From Giardia intestinalis (lineage: Eukaryota): 64,000 nucleotides of DNA. The notes beneath the pieces were generated by a model. It saw nothing but the letters and a program-made list of their open reading frames with translations. It had not been told where the DNA came from and searched no databases. The position numbers and the translations under genes were made by a program. The first letter of the stretch is position 1, and every line of letters begins with the position of its first letter. This document shows, piece by piece, positions 1-8,700 of the stretch. The stretch lies in assembly GCA_000002435.2 (NCBI GenBank), contig CM018792.1; one strand, written 5' to 3'.

Positions 1-1
1 A

Positions 2-1102
2 GGAGCTGATAATGATCAAACAGGCACATGTGTTGATGAAGTCGAATGCAAAGGAGATCACTTTTCTACAATTGACACTAGTAACAGTGATAAGAAAATA
101 TGCGTTCCTTGCAGTAAGACTGACAAGGGTGGTATCACTAATTGTAAGACGTGTGCTTTTAAGGTATCTTCTACTGAAGAAAGACCGGCGATCACCTGCA
201 CCGAGTGCACCACAAACAACCTGAGCCCCTTGAAGGACGAGTGCATGGCGGCCTGTCCCGCCGGCACATATGCTAATAATAAAGTGTGCGCCTCCTGCCA
301 CTCGTCGTGCGCCGGTTGCCAGACCGACGACAGGGAGACCTCCTGCACGGCCTGCTATCCCGGATATTCCCTTCTGTATGAGCCCAACGGAGCAACTGGG
401 AGGTGCGTTAAGGAGTGCACTGGTGCGTTCATTACCAACTGTGCGGACGGGCAGTGCACGGCTGACGTGGGGGGTGCGAAGTACTGTGCCCAGTGCAAGG
501 ACGGGTACGCCCCGATCGACGGAATTTGTACAACGATGGCAGCTGCCGGAAGAGATGCGAGCGTATGCACGGCGGCAGGCGGGAAGTGTACGGCGTGTAC
601 AGGAGATTACGCCCTCGTCTCGGGTGGATGCTACGGTATTCAGAAACTTCCTGGGAAGGCTATCTGCATAGCAGCTAACAATGGAGAGTGCACTACTTGC
701 GCGAACGGACAACAGCCCAGTGGAAAGGTCTGTCCGACATGTCCAGCTGGCTGCTCAAAATGTACAGGAAGTGCTCCTTCACAGCAGTGTTCGGAGTGCT
801 TCCCAGGATACTACAAGTCCGGGGATAAGTGCGTAAAGTGTGACAAGGATAGTGAAAATATTAAGGGTGTGCCAAACTGTGTGAGCTGCAAGGAGCCAGC
901 CAATTCTTCCGGGGCTGTTACTTGCTATTTGACACAACAAAAGACTGACGATGGCACCGGCGGAGACACTGGAGGAGACAGTATGAACAAGAGCGGCCTC
1001 AGCACTGGCGCCATCGCGGGGATCTCCGTCGCAGTCATCGTCGTCGTCGGAGGGCTCGTCGGCTTCCTCTGCTGGTGGTTTATCTGCCGTGGAAAGGCGT
1101 AG
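2..1102 (+). CDS. Variant-specific surface protein (VSP), 5'-partial because it runs off the window start
   Basis: The reading frame is open from nt 2 (GADNDQTGTCVDEVECKGDHF...). The protein is dense in CXXC/CXC motifs and has a C-terminal hydrophobic helix (AIAGISVAVIVVVGGLVGFLCWWFI) followed by CRGKA and a stop. The sequence is identical to the C-terminal 366 aa of the minus-strand VSP at 3629..5707. Confidence 0.85.
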   Translation, partial: GADNDQTGTCVDEVECKGDHFSTIDTSNSDKKICVPCSKTDKGGITNCKTCAFKVSSTEERPAITCTECTTNNLSPLKDECMAACPAGTYANNKVCASCHSSCAGCQTDDRETSCTACYPGYSLLYEPNGATGRCVKECTGAFITNCADGQCTADVGGAKYCAQCKDGYAPIDGICTTMAAAGRDASVCTAAGGKCTACTGDYALVSGGCYGIQKLPGKAICIAANNGECTTCANGQQPSGKVCPTCPAGCSKCTGSAPSQQCSECFPGYYKSGDKCVKCDKDSENIKGVPNCVSCKEPANSSGAVTCYLTQQKTDDGTGGDTGGDSMNKSGLSTGAIAGISVAVIVVVGGLVGFLCWWFICRGKA

Positions 1103-1110
1103 ACTTAGGT

Positions 1111-1117
1111 AGTAAAC
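1111..1117 (+). promoter_or_regulatory. Giardia-type polyadenylation signal AGTAAAC (AGTRAAY), 9 nt after the VSP stop
   Basis: The motif AGTAAAC is read directly in the sequence. Its position relative to the stop matches the known Giardia polyA signal placement. Confidence 0.55.
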
Positions 1118-1498
1118 ACGTCACTGTATATGGCTTATTACACTATGCTGCTGGGGCTATCTGAGGATCGCCCAGAGATCGTGTGGGTGGGCTCGCTCCT
1201 TCCTGGCCAGTTCAGAGACGAGGGTTGGCTGTGGATGATATAACGAGAGAGTCCTCTCCAGTGATATATTCAGAGTCTGGGCATTCCTCTACCGCTCTAT
1301 GGGGGTGTGCTCAGTCTGGGTGTGCGCGTCGGTCTGCCTAGGGGTCAACTTATTTGCCCATCTGTGTCGTCCACCAGTGGCGCCTCTCCTTGGTCTTCCT
1401 TCGTGGTGGGTGAAGCTCTGGTCGCTGTATTTTTTAGATGCTCCTGTCTGTCAGGGGCTGCCATCGGGCTCTCCGCTGGCTGGGCCCCGCGGTGTCCG

Positions 1499-3232
1499 TC
1501 CGGCTGTGTCCCGGACAGTGGTCCTACAGCCGCGGTCACGCAGGTCTCAGTGGGTCAGCTGGAGGGGACCGGATGGAGGGTGTTGTATGTGCCCTTGACC
1601 ACTTGGTGAGTGGGGTGATCGCAGCTGTGGTGACTGGGGGCTATCCCTTTGTGACTCACCCCTCTGTGTGCTCGTGGTCTGTGAGTGCCCTCCACCCAGA
1701 CAACACTCAGGAGCCGTGCACACCGGGACAGAGAGGAGACCAAGGGGAGTCAGGCAGCCCTGCCATGAGGGTGCACAGCAACCAGCCTGATCTGCATGGG
1801 CTGCTCGAGCGATGGTAGTGGCAGACGACTCCCTCTGACAGCAGCCCTGGTGACTGGCACTGATCTGCTCTCGAGGCTGAGTGGCAGTGAACACAGATGG
1901 ACCAGAGTGCAGGAGGACCATCCACACACGGACAGACTGTGCCCCCATACGAGAGGCCCAGGCAACTACCCAAGAGGCAGCAACAGACACGGGCACTAGA
2001 GATCCCCAGCCAGACACATTGCTATGCTCATCCACAGGGGCATCAGAGGGCCAGGTGGGGTCACCCTCACAATCAGGGTATGATAGAAACCCCAGAGGAC
2101 TCAAACACTACAGCAGAGCAGACCCAGAGGAGGCACACTCCAGGCAGGTGAGCAGTGGCAGAGCCTTGATAGCTGCCAGCCCCCCATGACACCCAGGCAG
2201 GCACCAGGCTCACCGAAACTCTGCTGGCCTCCACCTATGACCCGAGGGGGCAGCAGCCAGAGGAGTGAGGAGGCCTTCAGACACTCACAAGAGGCCCGGC
2301 TGTCCAGCAGGCGATGCCCGATCAGAGGCGACCACGAGCACCCTCCACTGCACTCTGGGGCTGTCGATCATTCACTGCCTCTCATAGCAGACCTCCTTGA
2401 GGGCAGTGCAGTGGGTCCCAGCTCATGCAGGAAGGTGCACACCTCCCTCGGCATAGGACACCCCGGCTCTCCCCGAGGGGTCATCAGAGCCACGAGGAGG
2501 GGTCAAGGTCCTGATAGACCACATCGGGAACTCCTGAACAGGCACAGCAGGTGAGGTATGGGTGACCCTCGGCGTGTTCCTCTCTGCTGTGAGCATCTTG
2601 AGACCAAGGGGGCTCACCTCTGCCTACGGATGATACACAGCGCTCCACAACGAGAGCCCACCAGGAGCAGCACAGCTGACCATGGGGACAGTGCAGCCAC
2701 CGGTGCCTCACCATGCCAGTCTTCTGGGCCATCACACTAGAGGCCTGAGAGAACCCCATCCCACCCACAGGGCCATCCACACCCCTGCTGGCCGAGGTGA
2801 ACTACCGTCGAGGCACTGGACAGGGCATGCCAGGGGCCCAGCAGACCCGCACAGAGCATCAGCGAGTAGCAGGAGGGGCTGCGATGGCCTGCCTCACCCC
2901 TCACGCACCAGCCAGACAGAGTAGCAGTACTGCCCGAGACATGCAGGGGCCAAGGGAGGCGATCAGTCAGGGGACACGACACGATCGTCGGTGCCTCTGT
3001 CTCGGGAGTGCAACGAAGGCTGAGGATCAGACACAATCACCCTAGCAAACAGAGCGGAGATCACCCACCCCAATGGCCCACCGAGAGGTCAGAGACACAT
3101 ACGAACACCCACCACCTCAGCCCCCACCAGAGCCCTCCAGCCTCACCCATCAACCCCGCCTCACCCACCAGCTGACCCACTGAGACCTGCGTGACCGCGA
3201 CCGTGGGAGCCCTGACTCGAGCCACAGCTGCC
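1499..3232. repeat. Palindrome core: GC-rich, T-poor on the + strand, with eroded mirror symmetry
   Basis: Just inside the perfect arms, 1532..1562 again mirrors 3169..3199 exactly. Further in, only patchy similarity with indels remains (e.g. ggagggtgttgtatgtgcccttgacc vs ggtgggtgttcgtatgtgtctctgacc). Many overlapping short ORFs occur in all frames, which is typical of non-coding GC-rich DNA. Confidence 0.55.
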
Positions 3233-4730
3233 CGGACACCGCGGGGCCCAGCCAGCGGAGAGCCCGATGGCAGCCCCTGACAGACAGGAGCATCTAAAAA
3301 ATACAGCGACCAGAGCTTCACCCACCACGAAGGAAGACCAAGGAGAGGCGCCACTGGTGGACGACACAGATGGGCAAATAAGTTGACCCCTAGGCAGACC
3401 GACGCGCACACCCAGACTGAGCACACCCCCATAGAGCGGTAGAGGAATGCCCAGACTCTGAATATATCACTGGAGAGGACTCTCTCGTTATATCATCCAC
3501 AGCCAACCCTCGTCTCTGAACTGGCCAGGAAGGAGCGAGCCCACCCACACGATCTCTGGGCGATCCTCAGATAGCCCCAGCAGCATAGTGTAATAAGCCA
3601 TATACAGTGACGTGTTTACTACCTAAGTCTACGCCTTTCCACGGCAGATAAACCACCAGCAGAGGAAGCCGACGAGCCCTCCGACGACGACGATGACTGC
3701 GACGGAGATCCCCGCGATGGCGCCAGTGCTGAGGCCGCTCTTGTTCATACTGTCTCCTCCAGTGTCTCCGCCGGTGCCATCGTCAGTCTTTTGTTGTGTC
3801 AAATAGCAAGTAACAGCCCCGGAAGAATTGGCTGGCTCCTTGCAGCTCACACAGTTTGGCACACCCTTAATATTTTCACTATCCTTGTCACACTTTACGC
3901 ACTTATCCCCGGACTTGTAGTATCCTGGGAAGCACTCCGAACACTGCTGTGAAGGAGCACTTCCTGTACATTTTGAGCAGCCAGCTGGACATGTCGGACA
4001 GACCTTTCCACTGGGCTGTTGTCCGTTCGCGCAAGTAGTGCACTCTCCATTGTTAGCTGCTATGCAGATAGCCTTCCCAGGAAGTTTCTGAATACCGTAG
4101 CATCCACCCGAGACGAGGGCGTAATCTCCTGTACACGCCGTACACTTCCCGCCTGCCGCCGTGCATACGCTCGCATCTCTTCCGGCAGCTGCCATCGTTG
4201 TACAAATTCCGTCGATCGGGGCGTACCCGTCCTTGCACTGGGCACAGTACTTCGCACCCCCCACGTCAGCCGTGCACTGCCCGTCCGCACAGTTGGTAAT
4301 GAACGCACCAGTGCACTCCTTAACGCACCTCCCAGTTGCTCCGTTGGGCTCATACAGAAGGGAATATCCGGGATAGCAGGCCGTGCAGGAGGTCTCCCTG
4401 TCGTCGGTCTGGCAACCGGCGCACGACGAGTGGCAGGAGGCGCACACTTTATTATTAGCATATGTGCCGGCGGGACAGGCCGCCATGCACTCGTCCTTCA
4501 AGGGGCTCAGGTTGTTTGTGGTGCACTCGGTGCAGGTGATCGCCGGTCTTTCTTCAGTAGAAGATACCTTAAAAGCACACGTCTTACAATTAGTGATACC
4601 ACCCTTGTCAGTCTTACTGCAAGGAACGCATATTTTCTTATCACTGTTACTAGTGTCAATTGTAGAAAAGTGATCTCCTTTGCATTCGACTTCATCAACA
4701 CATGTGCCTGTTTGATCATTATCAGCTCCT
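3233..4730. repeat. Inverted-repeat arm B of the palindrome
   Basis: See arm A. The protein translations of the two arms are identical: ORFs 230..1102(+) vs the C-terminus of 3629..5707(-), and 1299..(+) vs 3432..(-) up to the divergence point. Confidence 0.85.
3614..3620 (-). promoter_or_regulatory. Polyadenylation signal AGTAAAC (minus strand) for the VSP at 3629..5707
   Basis: The plus-strand sequence gtttact lies 9 nt beyond the stop. It is the mirror copy of 1111..1117. Confidence 0.55.
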
Positions 4731-5707
4731 TCCTTAAAGTATGGCTTAGTATCTGCCTTACAAGAAGTACATTTTGCTGCTTCGATTTTGCATGTCAAGC
4801 AGTCTTCATGGCACGCTACACAATCAGTAGTACCAAAGAATCCATCAAGACACGTCTTGCATGTTACTGTACCACTTTTTGTGCATGTTCTGCATCCAAC
4901 TTTCCCACCTTTATCAGTAGTATTACAGAGATAGCACATATTTATACCACCATCTACCATAGCGAAATGAGTCTCTGTACATTGTCCTTGATCAATACAT
5001 TCGCCGGTTTCAGCGACGGAGTCTGTAATTTTCAAGTATTTTGATGATGTTTTACAAGATGTACATTGGTCTGCACCACCCTTACATGTTTTGCATTCTC
5101 CTGTGCATTCAGTGCAAGTAACAGTGCCCTCACCTATTCCAAAAAATCCATCTAGACATGATGTGCATGTTGCTTGTCCAGAAACAGGAGGGTCACAAGT
5201 ACCGCATCCAACGAGTCCAGTGTTTCCGCTATTGCCAGCTGTGTCATTGCAAGCAATACATGGCGGTGTGCTTGCCGCGCTTTCTGCTGGATTCTTAAAG
5301 TACCCTGATCCACAAGTTGTGCACACCCCTGCGGGAAGAGAATCTCCGGGTGCAGATGGTTCAGTACACACGGCATTTCCTGGTGCAGTACCAAATTTGT
5401 AGCACCCACCTTTGTGAAGAAAGTAGCCATCTCCGCAGGAACTGCATTTACCTTTGTTATCACTTATACACTTTTTGGCTAGGTCTGAAGTAGTTGGGGC
5501 ACATCCTCCATCAATAAGAAGCTCAGCATCAGTAGAGCATTGCGAGCAATAATCCTTTCCTCCAATCCATACATTGCACTTTTCTGCTGCACATTTGGTT
5601 GATCCACTGGTAGTTGAATCACATGTGGCAGACCTCACCATCCGCTTTACTTGTGTTGCCCAAGTTAATTGTAAAGCCAAGCTCGCAAAAATGAGTTTAT
5701 CAAACAT
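3629..5707 (-). CDS. Variant-specific surface protein (VSP), complete, 692 aa
   Basis: There is an N-terminal signal peptide (MFDKLIFASLALQLTWA). About 12% of residues are Cys, in CXXC repeats, with GGCY-like motifs. A C-terminal TM helix and CRGKA tail follow. The start context is ATGTTTG. Confidence 0.9.
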   Translation of the reverse strand: MFDKLIFASLALQLTWATQVKRMVRSATCDSTTSGSTKCAAEKCNVWIGGKDYCSQCSTDAELLIDGGCAPTTSDLAKKCISDNKGKCSSCGDGYFLHKGGCYKFGTAPGNAVCTEPSAPGDSLPAGVCTTCGSGYFKNPAESAASTPPCIACNDTAGNSGNTGLVGCGTCDPPVSGQATCTSCLDGFFGIGEGTVTCTECTGECKTCKGGADQCTSCKTSSKYLKITDSVAETGECIDQGQCTETHFAMVDGGINMCYLCNTTDKGGKVGCRTCTKSGTVTCKTCLDGFFGTTDCVACHEDCLTCKIEAAKCTSCKADTKPYFKEGADNDQTGTCVDEVECKGDHFSTIDTSNSDKKICVPCSKTDKGGITNCKTCAFKVSSTEERPAITCTECTTNNLSPLKDECMAACPAGTYANNKVCASCHSSCAGCQTDDRETSCTACYPGYSLLYEPNGATGRCVKECTGAFITNCADGQCTADVGGAKYCAQCKDGYAPIDGICTTMAAAGRDASVCTAAGGKCTACTGDYALVSGGCYGIQKLPGKAICIAANNGECTTCANGQQPSGKVCPTCPAGCSKCTGSAPSQQCSECFPGYYKSGDKCVKCDKDSENIKGVPNCVSCKEPANSSGAVTCYLTQQKTDDGTGGDTGGDSMNKSGLSTGAIAGISVAVIVVVGGLVGFLCWWFICRGKA

Positions 5708-8700
5708 TGAGACTAAGAGTAGCCAAGTAACGATCTATGTAGAGCTGTGAGTCAGTGCTGCATATCTTCAAAAGACATCCAGCTCATAGAAATCAGCACA
5801 TGTAATTGGCAATATATGAGGAATGAAACATAATGTGAAGTTAACTTTAGATTGAATGATGATTGTCTCTTCTGTTAACATGTCATAGAATTACTGGAAA
5901 TTCGTCTGCAAAAGGAAAGCACATGCACTCATTTAAGTAATAAATGTATCTATCATGTGTACTTTAATGTAGCGTATATAGCTTACACCTATAGGGACTT
6001 TCTAACGTAGTTTGACTAAAAACTTATCATTCCACTGTGTAGGCATAGATAAAAAGTCCAGAAACAGACAGCGACGCAACCCTGTGTACCTGCCTCCTGC
6101 AGAATCGAGGGAACCCGGCCTCTTGTGGCAGGTCTGCCACTAGTTCCTCTCCCAGTACCTCTGCACCCCTGAAGAGCCAGCCCCTGTGCCCTCTCTGTGC
6201 GGGTCTGGCCCATGCACCGATGCCCATACAGCATCCCTATCCCTTGGTCACGCCTGTTGCCCGACTACCTGGTGAAGGACACTCGTAGGTGGATCTTTGC
6301 GGGGCCTGGGAAGATCACAAGGTCCGTGGATGCGCGAATCGGTATTGACTAGCGTGTATAATGCTTCCACCTGGTGGGCACACAGGCTCCAGTTCTAACC
6401 CTTTGCAGTGAATATTATCAAGATCCCGTAGTGCATGAAAGGTACCAGATGGAGTTCGAAGGCGTAGGTCGGTTCTCTCAACTTGAACAAGGAGGAAACG
6501 CTGCTCAAACTGTGTGTCTTCTGGGCCAGCTGAATGAGAACTCCACTACTACTCCCAAATCACCCCGATGCTATCGCTAATGGGAGCATCTGTGTGTGCG
6601 GGACGACAAAGACTCTCCGTATCAAGCTGTCGTCAATGAGAAGGAATAGGAGCTCGAGGTGTCTATGCTGGTCCGCCAGGTGTTGGCCAGGCTCATGATC
6701 CGGCGCTCCTTTGGCCTCATGCAAGTATTAGGGCGGTCAGGCTCCCACCTGCTAATAAGGAATCGAGCAGCGCTCGCTTGTCACCTCCAGCCCGATCTGT
6801 AGCTGGCCTGGACAAATGGGCACTCAGTACAGGCATTCTGTCCCTTGCACTGCAAACCGCGCCACACGGTATAGAGTGTAGTGTAGTTCGATGCCCCTCT
6901 CTCCCTGCACAGTGCAAGGAGGACCGGCTCTCTCCCGTCGTGCATGGGAGCATGATAAGGCTCAGCTAACGGCACCACACCCTATGCCAGATCTCTATTA
7001 TAGCTCCACCAGAGGCCAAAGCGCCGACGTCCACGAGCCAGTGTGAAAAGTAGAAGGTCCAGTCACACGCACCTGGACAGCAAGAGATACCGCAAGGACA
7101 TATCTCGGATACGATCCAGGCAAGGGCCTTGTAGAAGGCCTGCCTATGTTAGTGGCTAGAGGGTCACATGAATGAACAGCCGTTGTGGTCCATTAGTCAC
7201 TGTCCTTGTGTCGTAAGGACACCCACCGATGCCCATCACCATGAACCAAGCGAATGCTATGCCTACCCATAGAGCCTGAGTGGTGTGCATTGTAGATTGC
7301 TGATGAGCTTGGATCCGCTCCGCCGGTCATACCTTGCCAGGCTGGTTTCCTTACCCAGCCATTATTGCAGCTTCCATCCGGTAGATGAGAAGCCGGTGAT
7401 CGCTTCTGGTGTGATGGATCTAGCCCCTGCTGCAGTGGCCTCGCTCCAGAGTAGGTTTTAGCACAGCCACCCGAGAGTTGATAGTCCTGCCACCTGACCG
7501 ATCGGACCCAGAGCGTGCTATAGAACTAGTCATAAGGTTGTGGAGTCGAGCACACTCTATGGGCCGGTGAGGACAGATGGCACTGCTGGGCCAGGCCGTG
7601 CTGACCCTGCCACTCCGGTTGGTGCTAGCTATGGCCTAGTAGAGACTCGAAGATAAAGGTGATCAGCTGCTGCCAAAGATGTGTCCCCCACATGGATTTC
7701 CGATGAAAGTGGCTACCCTGTGACCGATTGAGATACGTTGTGGCTGTTGACTGTGCTCGGGAACCCCCTAGAGTAGCCATGCTTCGTGGATAGCTTGGAG
7801 CACGAGCTAAGGCCTCTTGCTGGCTGGTTGGGCCAGAGTAACAGCGTTCAGCTGGTGGGCGCGCCAAGAGGACCAGCGTTGCTTATGGGTCATGCCTATG
7901 CTGAGCTGCCTGTAGTATAGTGCGAAGGGTCTGATTCCGGGTGGTCACTTGAGGTCACGAACGCTCGATGACGCGACACATGTGTGAAGCGGAGCGACGA
8001 AGGAGAACCACGTGGCGGCCTGCAGGCAGGAAGGTAAGGAAGCAGACAAGAGTGTGCCTAGTAGGCCTACTTAAGGTGGAGTAAGTCGGGGGACACTCCT
8101 CTTCGTAATAGGGGGCATCGGCCTTCGGCTGTAGAGCATGTGCTCTGAAGGATGGTGGAAGCAGATGTATAGGTGATACTGATCTGAGTACAACGGCAAG
8201 CGTTGGCGTCTGGATTGGGAGACAAGCAAGAGCGAGCGCTGAGCCACCACCTGGTTGATGGACGAGCCAAGCTTGTAACACGTGTAGCAATCCTCTGACC
8301 AAAGATGAAAAGACTGTTCAACACGGTGATACAGGGCAGTCGTGCAGATTGAGAGGTTCGATAGTGGCCCGCCTGCCACAGGAAGGCGCAGCCAGGTTCG
8401 TTTGGACAGCAGATACGCTGGCTGCTATCGGTTTGTATAGTACACATCTACAATGGAGCCCCGTGCCATGTGGGGAGAGGAGATGGACTCTTTCAGCTCC
8501 GGAATGAGCAGACTTTCAAGAACCTGTTCTGCTACAAATGCATAAAAACAAAGAGCAGCCTCCAGCTTGTCCGTAGGCCTCACGGCTTTGCCATGCTTAG
8601 AAGCCATCAGGCACTACAGATATCCCGCTACAATCTTGGTTGGCAGCTAGCCCCTCTAACGCTAGTCTTACATAGCTGGCCTGCTTATCGCCCCTGCCTC

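Larger units (their letters stand above)
1..1498. repeat. Inverted-repeat arm A of a large palindrome (3' part of the VSP CDS plus ~400 bp 3' flank). This arm may extend beyond the window start.
   Basis: The reverse complement of 3233..4730 matches 1..1498 base for base wherever I checked. Checked spots were the CDS, the stop/polyA region and the divergence point at 1498/3233. Mirror rule: x pairs with 4731-x. Confidence 0.85.

Noticed and set aside
1299-3432. Cluster of 60-185-aa ORFs in several frames across the palindrome core (e.g. 1547..2104, 3061..3432)
   Set aside because: They overlap each other in different frames and on both strands, and pairs are simply mirror images because of the palindrome. 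They are typical of GC-rich non-coding DNA.
4019-5044. 341-aa ORF antisense to the VSP CDS (plus 4161..4376 and 4383..4673, and their mirrors at 58..671)
   Set aside because: It lies entirely within, and opposite to, a well-supported VSP gene. It is Leu/Ser/Cys-rich, as expected from the reverse complement of Cys/Gly/Thr codons, and has no independent support.
6430-6920. Possible tRNA T-loop-like strings (agttcgaagg at ~6445; tagttcgatgccc at ~6880)
   Set aside because: I could not build an acceptor stem, D-arm or anticodon arm around either. There is no GGTTCGAnTCC consensus.
6210-7240. 12-mer accgatgcccat occurring twice in the ORF-poor tract
   Set aside because: About one chance 12-mer match is expected in 5.7 kb. 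There is no extended flanking similarity.
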